From contig CM074810.1 in assembly GCA_037447605.1 (NCBI GenBank), forward strand, positions 124,001-188,000: a stretch of DNA of 64,000 bases. Direction: 5' to 3'. Below the pieces are notes generated by a model that searched no databases, was not told the DNA's origin, and saw only the letters and a list, made by a program, of their open reading frames with translations. Position 1 is the stretch's first letter. Each line of letters opens with the position of its first letter. This DNA is from Zygnema circumcarinatum SAG 698-1b. Lineage: Eukaryota > Plantae > Zygnematophyceae. The position numbers and the translations under genes were made by a program. Below, one piece after another: positions 18,684-33,291 of the stretch.

Positions 18684-21017
18684 ATGGCGACATCAGCTCC
18701 TGTGATGGCGCTGAAGCAGGCGAGCCGGCTGGCGGCGCAGACGACGAGCGACCTGGCGGGGCGCGAGTCGCACCTCGCGCCGGCGCTGCACGCGGCGCTG
18801 CTGCAGTGCGCCGAGCGCGTCTCGGAGGACGACGTGCTGGTCGAGGACGACGCGCTGCTGCTCGAGTACTTCCTCGAGGTCCTGCGCGACCTCAACGGGG
18901 ACGAAATGGCGGACACGGTGCGCTCCATGCTCTCCGTTCCGTCCTCGTTCCGTTCTCGTTTTTTTCTCCGTTCCGTTCCGTTTGCTGCCGCAGGAGCATA
19001 GAAAAGCTGCGCCTTGTAAAGTTCTCAGCTCTTTCTTTCTCTACCCTCGTCCTCCATTCTCTTTCTCCATCCCCTGCCTCCCTGCCCTCTTCCATTCTCA
19101 CCCTTCCCTCCTCTCGCCTTCCTTTGCCTCCTTTGTCTGCCGTCTCTCTCCTCCTGCAGGTGGAGAATCTGTACACGCTGTCGGCTGCTTACAACACGAG
19201 CAATGACAGCGAGGATTTGCGGAAGCTTGAAGAGGTCATTGACGGGCTTGGCCCCGCGGACTCAATCGTCATCGCCAGCGCTTTCTCGCACATGCTCACT
19301 CTCACCAATGTGGCAGGTAAGATTTCGCTTTCTTGGATGCCTTTTGCCAATGTTCATGATTCTGTATAACTCCAGGTTTATGCCTGTTTGCATGTCGGGA
19401 TATTCCACACATTTGAGGCTTACAAATTTGGGGGGTTTGGGGGTTTTCTCCCTTTTTTATTTTAGTATTTAGTCCTACTCATGTTATGGCGCTCTGAAGG
19501 CTTTTAGAGCTGTTTGGTAGTGGTAGGATATTGAGTGGTTTCAGGGGTCCGGACTTGAAGAATGTCACAGACTAACTGATCCTCATACCGTTCGTTAGAA
19601 ACTTCCTCTTTTAATTTGCAAAAGCTTTCAAGAGTGAAGCACGTCTGGTCCAGCCGAAAGTTTCTACAGAATCTAGTGCCTTTTAAACTTTTGTCAAACC
19701 CTCACCTTTAATGAGTGCGTGCTGCGAGTCTCCTTTCCTTAACCCCCCTGCCAGCCTCACTTACTTAAATACCTTTGTTTCTTTTGCCCTTTTTTTTAAT
19801 TCAGAGGAAATTCAGATGGCGGTGAGACGGCGCGCAACAGTGAAGACGGGCAGTTTGGTGGACGAGGGCAGCGCTCTCACGGAGTCGACCATCAAAGAAA
19901 CTTTTGTGAAGCTCGTGCAGATGGGAAAATCTAAAGAGGAAATTTTTGCGGCTTTGAAAGAGCAGACAGTTGACCTCGTCTTCACTGCGCATCCGACGCA
20001 GTCAATTCGCCGATCGCTGCTGCAGAAACACGCAAGGTGGGGGGGGGGGGGGCTAGTATTGTAATTAAAGTTTAAGGGTTGAGGGAGTTGGCTTGGATTA
20101 AGTCGCTAGATTTAACTGGGAGGGTGCATTTTGTACCTTTCCTGTGGATGGATTGGGTTAGCGTGCGAAGATACTGTGTCCTTGAATTATAGTCATTATT
20201 CATTTTTTTTGTGCCACAGAATTCGAAACCTTTTGTCGCAGAGACATACGGAGCAGCTCACAGTGGACAAGAAGGCGGAGCTTCTTGAAGCTCTGAGAAG
20301 AGAAGTAAGATTTTTACTCACCTTCGACTTATTGAAGTTAGTTAAAGAGATTAGACTTTTAAACCTTCATTTCAGCTTCTTACTTCACGCCTCAGCTGAA
20401 CTGCTGCTGACATAGTTAGGTTGCTCCATGCACACATGCTCTCCAATCTCCTTCGGAAAGTCAAAGAAAGTCACTGGTTTAGGGCCCGGAGCCGGCCTCC
20501 TTCAGACTCGGCAGAGATGGGAGTGAAGTGGGAGGAACTTCAGACTACCAAATACATGCAGGAGAGAATACTGAATACTGCAGTTAGGGCTATAGAAATG
20601 AAGCCAAACAGGCAGAGCGAGTCCTCGAGAGGCTGGAAAACAATGCACACACATTCCCACATACTTACACGCATGCATCCAGACTTAGAGAGGAGAGGGA
20701 GAGAGCGAGAGAGGGAAAGACAGTGCGTGAAATGCAAGATCTTAACCAAGCATCTAGAGGCTCTCTCTCTGTGGGGCTTAAAGATTCAAGCTGCGTGGAG
20801 AACGGACGAAATCCGGCGCACTCCCCCCACCCCCCAAGATGAAATGCGTGCGGGAATGAGCTATTTCCACGAAACCATTTGGAAGGGTCTCCCCCGCTTC
20901 CTCCGCCGCGTGGATACGGCCCTGCGCCATATCGGAGTGGAGGAGCGCTTGCCCTACAATGTACCCATAATCCAATTCTCGTCCTGGATGGGAGGGGACA
21001 GAGACGGTACGCTGCTA

Positions 21018-21102
<85 letters not shown>

Positions 21103-24100
21103 AGAGAGAGAGAGAGAGAGAGAATGTCTCTGTTGTGGGAGAGAATGCGCAGGAGGCTGGGTTTGGGAAGCAGAAGGGGGGAAGGAAATAAGGCTGGTTT
21201 GGTACGTGGGTGTGTAGGAAGGAATGAAGTTTGTAGAGTTGGAGCAGGGCTGGTTTGGGGTTTGGATGGATTCATCCGTTGCGTGTTTGATTAGGGATTG
21301 AAATCGTTGAGGTTTGGGTGGGTAGGGACCGTTTTAGTTTTAGTCTCTGGAATGTGTTAGGACTAACCCTGATCAGGCCGGATGTCTACAAGGTCTTTGG
21401 TATTGGTTGTTAATATGAGAGTTGTTAATATTGGGGGCATATGGCATCATGAATTGTAGGAGAATTAACTTTACGAATTGGAGAAACGGTTGTCTTTTAG
21501 AAATGCACCAGTGGTTTCAAACCTCTGAGAAGTTTCTTTATTCTCTTCTTCCTTGAAGGCAACCCGCGGGTGACAGCCGACGTGACACGTGACGTGTGCT
21601 TTTTGTCTCGTTTGATGGCTGCAAATCTGTACTTTTCGCAGATCGAAGATCTTATGTTTGAGGTAAGAAACTTCTGTTTTTTTTTGAACCAGCTGCTGCT
21701 TGCTATGTCCGTACAGTGTGAATGCTGGAGATAACAGAACTCAAGCATTATTCTTTTTTTTCGTTTTATTTGGATTTGGGGTTTCCAGTCTCTGAGTGAT
21801 TACTTGTCTGCTTGTTTCTGAAGTTATCAATGTGGCGAGCAAGTGACGAATTGAAGGCTCACGTCCAAAAGTTGTCCGAAACGAGCCAGAAAAAGGATGT
21901 GAAGCATTACATTGGTAAGCAAACTGCATGTCAGAGACCCTTTTTCATGGTTTCAATTCAAACAAAAGTCACAAGTAAAACCATTGTCCATGATGGAACA
22001 GACAATTCACAGGCAGTTTCCGTCCCTTGGGATGTTTTATGATTTTTCAGAATTCTGGAAGGTTGTTCCTCCAACCGAGCCTTATAGGCTGCTGCTGAGT
22101 GAAGTTCGAGACAAGCTTTGGAACACACGAGAGCAGGCCCAACAACTCCTTACTTTCGGACGCTCCAACATTGCAGAGTCTGAGGTCTATTCTTGCCAAG
22201 AGGAGGTAAACAATCTCGAACCCTGTTACTTGAAAATCTTGAATCTACCCAATTTCGATAAAACTATGTTCTGAACGGAAATATTTACAGCAATTAACAT
22301 TCGACACATAAACGCACGCTTTGCTCTGCAGTTAATGGAACCGTTGGAGCTCTGCTACCGGTCTCTATGTGAGACCGGAGACCAAGCAATTGCCGAGGGA
22401 ACGTTGCTCGACTTTCTTCGCCAAGTTTCATGTTTTGGCCTTTCCCTGGTGAAGGTGGATGTAAGACAAGAATCTGAGCGTCACTCTGACGTCATCGAAG
22501 CCATCACCCAGCATTTGGGGTTGGGATCGTACCGTTCATGGCCGGAGGAGAAGAGGGTGAACTGGCTCGTCTCGGAACTCCAAAGCAAGAGACCCCTTTT
22601 TGGTGCGGATTTACCTATGACGGATGAGATAAAGGACGTTCTAGACACGATTAAGGTGAGAAAAATGGGGAGATTGTGATCGTTGAATCATGTAAGGAGG
22701 GTTGAGATTGACAATTAAGGTGAGAAAATGGGGAGAGTGTGGTCGTTGTATCATGTAAGAGTTGAGATTGACAATTAAGGTGAGAAAATGGGGAGAGTGT
22801 GATCGTTGTATCATGTAAGGGTTGATATTGACAATTACGGTGAGAAAATGGAGAGAATGTGATCGTTGTATCATGTAAGGGTTGAGATTGACAATTAAGG
22901 TGAGAAAATGGGGAGAATGTGATCGTTGTATCATGTAAGAGTTGAGATTGACAATGCTGTTGTAATCCTAAACCCTATCATTGTAATCCTAAACCCTATC
23001 AGTTGCACAGCTACTGACATGTGAAGGCCCTTTCCCTTCAGGTGGTGGCTGAGCTCCCTGCCGACTCCTTCTCCGCTTACGTCATCTCCATGGCTACCTC
23101 CGCCTCCCATGTGCTCGAAGTGGAGCTCCTCCAACGCGCCTGCGGTGTGCCGACACCCCGCCGGGTGGTGCCCCTATTTGAAAAGCTCGACGACTTGAAC
23201 GGAGCCACCAAAACCATGGGACTTCTCTTCTCGATCGACTGGTACAAACAACGCATTGAGGGGAAGCAGGAGGTGATGATTGGCTATTCCGATTCCGGGA
23301 AAGATGCCGGAAGACTTTCGGCTGCTTGGGCCATGTATAAAGCACAGGAGGGGCTTGTGCAGGTGGCTAAAGAACACGATGTGAAGTTGACTATATTCCA
23401 TGGGAGAGGTGGGACTGTGGGGAGAGGGGGAGGACCTACCCATTTGGCTATTTTGTCTCAGCCGCCGGAGACAGTGAATGGGTCGCTGAGGGTAACCATT
23501 CAGGGGGAGGTGATTGAACAGTCCTTTGGGGAGGAGCTGCTCTGCTTCAGGACGCTGCAACGCTTCACGTCGGGTGAGAGAGGGAGAGAGAGAGAGAGAG
23601 AGAGAGAGGGGATGGTGGGAGGGGAGTGGAGATTGGAAAAGGAGAAGAGCAGGGGGAGAGAGCTGAGGAGGTTAGGACACGTGATGTATCTGATTGTCGA
23701 GGTAGGTGAGGGTTGGAGCGAATAGGGGGAGGGGAAGGACGAGGACGAGAGAGTAGCAAGTGCAGGAGGTGAAAGAATTCTGGAGGGAGAGATGGGAGAG
23801 AGTTACGAGAGGAATGGCGGAAACAGATGTGAGTTGCAGGAGAGAGGAGAGACGGGGAGGGAGAGCGAGACGGGGGAGAAACGACAAGCGACAGAAATGA
23901 GAGCGAGCGTTCCAAAGACTGTGAAGGGGAAGAAAAGTGGAGCGCTGAGAGAGAGACAAGGGCGAGTGAGAGGTGTCCAAAAGGGAAAGACAAATGTGCA
24001 GGTGCATGTACCTAGTCTGACTCTAAGGTGTGCATTTGGGCTACGGGAAACTGAACGGGTTGCAGCCACGCTTGAGCATGGAATGCACCCCCCCCGCTCT

Positions 24101-26335
24101 CCCAAGCCGGAGTGGCGCACTCTGATGGACATGATGTGCCAACGCGCAACGGAGGAATACAGGGATGTGGTCTTCAGAGACCCCCGCTTTGTCAACTATT
24201 TCCGAAGTGTGAGTCCACTGTGCCTCCCTATCCCCCCCCTCTTCCCCCTCTACTTCTCTCCTTCCCCTTCTCCCTCTCTCTCCCTCCCCTTCTCCCTCTC
24301 TCTCCCTCCCCTTCTCCCTCTCTCTCCCTCCCCTTCTCCCTCTCTCTCCCTCCCCTTCTCCCACTCTCTCCCTCCCCTTCTCCCTCTCTCTCCCTCCCCT
24401 TCTCCCTCTCCCTCCCTCCCCTTCTCCCCCTCTCTCCTTCCCCTTCTCCCTCCCCTTCTCTCCCTCTCTCCCTCCCCTTCTCCCTCTCTCTCCCTCCCCT
24501 TCTCCCTCTCTCTCCCTCCCTTTCTCCTTCACTCTCCCTCCCCTTCTCCCTCTCTCCCTCCCCTTCTCCCTCTCTCTCCCTCCCCTTCTCACTCCCTCTC
24601 CCTCCCCTACTCCCTCTCTCTCCCTCCCCTTCTCCCTCCCTCTCCCTCCCCTTCTCCCTCACTCTCCCTCCCCTTCTCCCTCTCTCTCTCTCTCTCCCGC
24701 CCTCCTCTTCAAGGTAAAGGGTGCTGAAGGCAGGGCAGGGTCTCCTTGGCTGTGCAGGCCACTCCGGAACAAGAGTACGGTCGCATGAATTTGGGCAGTC
24801 GCCCCTCCAAGCGTAAAGCAAGCGGCGGAATCGAGTCTCTCCGAGCTATTCCATGGATTTTCGCATGGACGCAGGTCCCCCTCACTCCCCCTCCCCCTCC
24901 CTCCCTCTCTCCCCCCCCCCCCCCCCCCTCATTTCCCCTTCCCAAACTTTCTCACCCAAGTTCGCTGCATTCCTGACAATTCCATTCTGCTTGAAATTGG
25001 AATGCAGACGAGATTCCATCTTCCGGTGTGGTTGGGCTTCGGAGCAGCCATCCGCTCTGCCTTGGAGGCGGACCCCAACAATTTGGCAGTCCTGAAGGCT
25101 ATGTATGCGGAGTGGCCGTTTTTCCGTGTTACCATCGATCTCATAGAGATGGTGTTCTCCAAGGGAGACCCCCGAGTGGCTGCGCTCTACGACCGCCTGC
25201 TCGTCCCCGGGGACCTCAGGGAATTCGGAACAGGCCTGCAGATTAAGTACGAGGAGACCAAGGCCCTCCTTCTACAGGTACAGTACCTCCTCCCCCCTCT
25301 CTGCACTTCATCGCCCTCTCCCTCTCCCTCTCCCTCTCCCTCTCCCTCTCCCTCTCCCTCTCCCTCTCCCTCTCCCTCTCCCTCTCCCTCTCCCTCTCCC
25401 TCTCCCTCTCCCTCTCCCTCTCCCTCTCCCTCTCCCTCTCCCTCTCCCTCTCCCTCTCCTCTCCCTCTCCCTCCCTCTCTCCTCCCTCTCCCTCTCCCTC
25501 CCTCCCCTTCTCCCTCACTCTCCCTCTCCCTCTCCTCTCCCTCTCCCTCTCCCTCTCCCTCTCCCTCTCCCTCTCCCTCTCCCTCTCCCTCTCCCTCTCC
25601 CTCTCCCTCTCCCTCTCCCTCTCCCTCTCCCTCTCCCTCTCCCTCTCCCTCTCCCTCTCCCTCTCCCTCTCCCTCTCCCTCTCCCTCTCCCTCTCCCTCT
25701 CCCTCTCCCTCTCCCTCTCCCTCTCCCTCTCCCTCTCCTCTCCCTCTCCCTCTCCCTCTCCCTCTCCCTCTCCCTCTCCCTCTCCCTCCCTCTCCCTCTC
25801 CCTCTCCTCTCCCTCCTCCTCTCCCTCTCCCTCTCCCTCTCCTCTCCCTCTCCTCTCCTCTCCCTCTCCCTCTTCCCTCTCCCTCTCCCTCTCCCTCGCC
25901 ACTCTCTCCTCCCTCTCCTCTCCCTCTCCACTTCATGGTACTGCACAAAGCACTGCGGAACTGCAGCATAGCCCTGTTCCATGTGAAGAGCGGCTGGGTC
26001 TCTAACTGTAACTGTAACTGTGACTGCAACTGCGGCATGTGTTGGGGGTGCAGGTGGCGGGGCATGGCTCGTGTTTGGAAGCAAACCCCACTCTGCGGCA
26101 GCGGCTGTCTGTGCGCGAGCCGTACATCACCCCTCTGAACGTGCACCAGGCGTACACGCTCAAGAAGATGCGGCAGCCGGCGCAGCCCAAGGAGCTCCCT
26201 CCTGCGAAGGGGACCGTCACCAAGTCTGCGGATGTGGTGTCGTTGAATCTGACTACGGAATACGCGCCGGGATTGGAGGACACTCTAATTATTACCATGA
26301 AGGGAATTGCTGCAGGCATGCAGAATACGGGCTGA
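18684..26335 (+). CDS. PPC: Plant-type phosphoenolpyruvate carboxylase, 982 aa, 14 exons
   Basis: Exons 18684-18917, 19160-19316, 19805-20036, 20220-20304, 20784-21006, 21559-21662, 21824-21914, 22051-22205, 22332-22655, 23042-23573, 24066-24208, 24758-24874, 25008-25277, 26054-26335 (2949 nt, in frame). Motifs [55 protein letters not shown]-terminal QNTG. Confidence 0.97.
21019..21122. repeat. (GA)n microsatellite just after a PEPC donor
   Basis: Seen directly. Confidence 0.9.
22650..22955. repeat. 60-bp tandem repeat, ~5 copies, spanning the PEPC exon 9 donor
   Basis: ATTAAG|GTGAGAAAATGG recurs with GT at 22656, 22720, 22780, 22840, 22900. Confidence 0.92.
24230..24700. repeat. Pyrimidine-rich minisatellite, PEPC intron 11
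   Basis: Repeating CTCCCCTTCTCCCTCTCTCTCC blocks. Confidence 0.85.
25315..25930. repeat. (CCCTCT)n hexamer tract, last PEPC intron
   Basis: Seen directly; gives SP/GE/RG-repeat ORFs. Confidence 0.95.
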
Positions 26336-27473
26336 GAATTTTGCAGTGATAGGGATAGTATGGGAGGGGGAGTTAGTTGAGAAAAGCGGGACAGAAGGAT
26401 GTCGTTGAGAGTACGTAGGATTGCGAGGGGTAAGCAGAGAGATAGAGAGGGAGAGAGGGAGTGAGGGGGGGGAGGGTATGTAACATGAGGGAGAGGCCCG
26501 CAAGGGTGACCATGCATCGTGTAGTAGTTTAGGCCTTTGTTTGAATAGAGCAACGCAATGTGTTCCGCGGTAGAAGTGAAGATTTGAGATTTTGAATAAA
26601 GGGGGGAGGTAGGATCGAGATGATGATGTTAATTTTGTGCTCGTTGCGCTTGAGAGCAATGGAGAGCTTCGGAAGGCCTTGGTCGACCGGAGAGGCGAAA
26701 AACCCAAGTCTTTGCCAATTCCAATCCTACTAAAAACTAGAAAAAAGAAACACTATTTCACATCCTATTTTTGAACATTTCAATGCTCATCTTGCAATCT
26801 TCTAACCAATCGATTTGTACTACTTTGTACTATAGCAAAAAGGCGGCCCGTCACCAATCACAGGGCGCCACGTCGGACACAATGCTTACGTGTCACTCGG
26901 GGATTGGCACATGCCATTCAAAAAAGTTAGCGTGAACGACTTGGAACGATGACGCTCGGTAGGACGACCAAAGGACGAGCAGAATGCAAACCTTTTCTTC
27001 TTAACAAGATCGCCGCATATTGAAGGTCGCTGAAGGGGACGAGCGTCTTGGTCTGTTTCTTTCTGTAGAGAGTCATATCTGGCTGCATTAGTCAGTTCCG
27101 CGAGAAGGAAGTGACGAGCAGAGGAAGTGAAAGTCAAGGGTTGCAGGAGATCGTGGATTAGGTTTGGAGCGGAGGCGAGCGACAGACGAGGGGGAGTTTT
27201 GGAAGTTGATGGTTTGCAGAGCTGCGCGGTTGAGGAGAGAGAGCAAGGGAGAGAGGAGAGGGGAGGACGGCGAGACACGCGGGGGGATAGGAGAGGAGGG
27301 AAGAGAGAGTGGGTAAAGAGGGGAGTAGAGAGAAGAGTGGGGGGTCATGGCATGCAGGATAGAGTGAAGGATAAGTGAGTGTGCATAGCATAGTGAAGAC
27401 TGGTAGCGCAGTGTAAAGGGAGGGATAGAGAGTGTGAGAGAGTGGGAGGGAAGGAGGACGAGTCTCCCTCACC

Positions 27474-29949
<2,476 letters not shown>

Positions 29950-30438
29950 GCCCTAGGCTCGGCCTGGAAGGGGAGGGGGGGCGCCCCGGCTCCTCGTCCA
30001 CTCTCCTCTGCCGCAGTTTGCAAATAAGAGCTCGCTCAGCACATTGTTTTTTCAAAATGAAACTTTTTTTTGCGCTCGAAGCGCTGCGTGTTCTTCATGC
30101 CAAGGTTGAGATGCTCTAACATCGAGGGACTTCAAAAAAAAAAAAACGGAAACAACTGGAACCCTGTTAAATCTTTCAAATGCTGAGGGTTGGTAAAAGT
30201 AGGGTGCAAAGAAAAAGGCTCCTGCATGGAATCGGGCGACATGGAAGCATGTGTACTGACATAGAACCGTGTGATACGGCCATCCCACGGAACGGAGCAA
30301 TTTTGAGTGAGTGATTTCAAATGATTTCGACATGGATTGGCCGTTAAACTTATGCACAAATTTTTACGGTCCACACTATTTCCGATACGATATATCGTCT
30401 CGATACAGCACACGCGATTTTCCAATTTCGCACATGGA

Positions 30439-33291
30439 ATGGACGCGGCGTGGCAGGCTCTCGCAGTTCGCCACGTGGCCATCGCCATGGAGGCAGAGGC
30501 GTCGCCCTCCCGTAGCCACGTGGCGGCCTCTGACGCTGCCACCTGTGACGTGTTCCTCAGCGATGTCCACGTGGCATGCCACGACGACACTGCTTCCTGT
30601 TCTCGATTCACGTTCTACCTGCCACGTGGCAGCAGCTCTGCAGAGGAGGATGACGACACGTGGAAGGAGGGGAGGGAGGAGGGACACGTGGCAAGTGCTG
30701 CTGGGCAGAGGGTACGTCTTTCTGTTGTGCCTCTATGGGGAAATGTAGGGCGCTCCCATCTCCCCCTTCCGTCTCTCCCTCCTCACCGCGCCCCTCTCTC
30801 CCAAGTCTCCACGAGTTCATCATGTGGGCAATCGTTTTTAGGGTTTGTTTCATAAAGTAGAATAAATCAGTAACTCTAATTAAAGCTTTCCACACAATAA
30901 TAATTAATCGTTTTAATACAGTTATGATACCTCTTCAGGATGAGGGCCCGCCAGACCCACTTCTCCCTGCTCCGACGCGGCACATGGAAGAGCGTTCAGT
31001 TCTGGAACTGAAAACTGACGAGCATGGCGACCTGATTGTTCCACGAGGCAGAATGCGAACAAATGGAGAAGGTCAGCTCAGAACTCGCCCATAAGTTCCC
31101 CTCCTCTGGCCACTTATTTCACCTTCTGTAGGGAATTCTTTCTCAATCCTCCTTCCTTCCACGTTTACTTTATTTATAATTTTGTATTTGGATCCTTCCA
31201 GACCCCATTTCTAGGAAAAGGAAGTACGGCATTGTTGTGCAGCATTCCATGGCTACCCCTTTGCCGCTTGTGGGTCTCCAGGCAGGTCATCCCCTGCACA
31301 CCCCAATCCCTCTCCGTTCCTCTCTCTGCTGCTCGCTGTATCCCATTCTTTACATCCCTCTCTCGCTCTCCGTCTCTCTTCCCTTCCTCCCCCCCCCTCC
31401 CCCCCCCGCCCTCCCACCTCTCCTTTGCTTGCTTTACTCCCCCTCCCCCCCTCTCGCTGCCACCCAATCTCTCGTCCCCTTTTCCTCCCAATCCCCCCCT
31501 ACTCTCCCACTCTCTACCTTCCCCTCCTAAGTATTGCATTCTCAAAGTGAATCCTCAAGCAAGTCTGAACTTGGCAGTGACAGCTGCAATCACTTTCTGT
31601 TCCTCGTTTTTCCTTGATAGGTTTGGCGTGGAGCACTCCTATTGGCTGATTTCATTCTCCAGCACATGGAAAGGTGGCGCCATGTGACCGCCCTCGAGCT
31701 CGGCGCAGGTACAGGTGGGAGACAGGGCTGCTCTGCCACGTGCTGCGTTATGATTGGTTGTAGCTGCTTTCTCAATCAGAATAACTCGTTGTTCTACCAC
31801 AGATTTGCCCTTGCTAGTTTGCAGTTTCTTGTGTTGAACCGCCGTTTTCCAGTTGCAGAGTTCATGGCTTTAGGTAGTGGTGGCAAATTTCCTACCGAGG
31901 GCGTCTGAACTACTTCCCGGTTTTCAGTAGCCGTTGCAAATCTCCTAGCGATAATGCTAATTCGAAAGTAGCAGCAACATACTCATAGCAGAACGAACTT
32001 CGCCACCCCTTCATTTAGGGTCTTATAAATATTAAGGTGCGCGTCCGCAGGGCTGGCGGGAATTGTTATGGCTCGGGCAGCCCGGCGGGTGTTCATAACC
32101 GGTAAGGGTCGTGTCCGCCCTTCTCTCTCTCTCTCTCTCTCACTCTCTCTCTCTCTCGCCCCCCTCGCGTGCGCCATCACCTCGCTTCTTCTCTGTTATA
32201 TTCATTTGTCTTTTGTTCTCTCCTCTCCTCTCCCACTCACACTCGGGTCGTCGGCACTTCTGCAGACGTAGGTGAAGAAGTTCTCGATAACTGTGCTCAT
32301 AACGCAAACGCAAATACGCAAACTCTTCTAGCCAATGACATGTCTCCACATCATTCTCCCATAAAAATACGATCTCTCGACTGGACGGACCCCTGGCCTC
32401 CTACATCTTCGTCTTTCCACAAAAAAGACCATACGTTTAAGCTTCATTCAGAGAGAGGGGTGAAAGGAGATGCTCAAGAGGAGGGAGGCGATAAGGCGGA
32501 AGTTTGGGGTTCAAAATGTTGCTCGAAATCTCTGGAAACTATGAATGAAGAGGGGGTTAATGTTCGTCGGAAATATGGTTGGAGTGAAGAAGATGTGAGA
32601 GAGGCAAGCGAAGCTAGTGTTCTTCTCGCTGCCGATGTTGTTTATTCTGAGGATCTCACAGAAGCATTTTTTGGATTACTGCGTCAACTGATGCCTCGTG
32701 GGAGTGACAAGGTGAGGAAGGATTGAGCTCGCCTCTGTCTCTCTCTCTCTCTCCCTCTCCCTCTCCCTCTCTTTCTTCCGTTCCTTTACCCCCCTTCCCT
32801 CCTCCTCCCTCCCTCCCTCTCCCTCTCCCNNNNNNNNNNCCTCTCCCTCCCCCCTTCCCTCCCTCCCCCTTTCCCTCCCTCCCTCCCTCCCTCCCTCTCC
32901 CATCTCCTTTAAGATTGCCCTCACGTTCTGCCTCATTCAGGTCCTGTACATCGCTCTGGAGAAGCGCTACAACTTCACAATGCGTGACTGTGACGTCACG
33001 GCCACCGGATATGCCCATTTTCGGACCTTCTTTCGCGAGGCCGCCGACTGGCACAGCGAGGAGGAATGTGACTTTATCGGGAGGAGGGTCCCGTGCTCGG
33101 ATGTGCCTCAAGCCGTGGAGGAGTACGAGAGGGGCGAGGACTTGGAGCTGTGGGAGGTTAGGAGCACGCCCCTCGGTAGAGTCAGTTCCACATCCTCTGG
33201 CGAGTCCGGCTTGGAGCACAGCTTGCAAGAAGGAGGAGGGCTCAGGGGGGCTACGCGCCTTCCATGTTCAACACGCGCAGCTTGCACATAG
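30439..33291 (+). CDS. METTL22: METTL22-like class I protein methyltransferase (Methyltransf_16), ~475 aa
   Basis: Exons 30439-30711 (start could be 30487), 30939-31071, 31202-31281, 31621-31714, 32051-32101, 32266-32711, 32941-33291. VGLQ|VWRGALLLADF, LELGAGTG, LLAADVVYS, YIALEKRYNF, EYERGEDLELW. Confidence 0.88.

Noticed and set aside
20421-20783. ~120 open codons in PEPC intron 4, in frame with exon 5
   Set aside because: No similarity to PEPC; exon 4 joins exon 5 cleanly (RE|IQAAWR) and read-through from exon 4 hits a stop.
22650-22955. 60-bp periodic array as a CRISPR
   Set aside because: Whole units repeat with no unique spacers, no cas genes, and the context is a eukaryotic intron.
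25002-26146. Extensin-like SP-repeat and GE/RG-repeat ORFs (also 52090-53383)
   Set aside because: (CCCTCT)n tracts inside introns whose flanking exons splice in frame.
18684-26335. Bacterial-type or C4-type PEPC
   Set aside because: C-terminus is QNTG not RNTG, and C3-type Ala (PWIFAW) and Arg (RQRL) are present.
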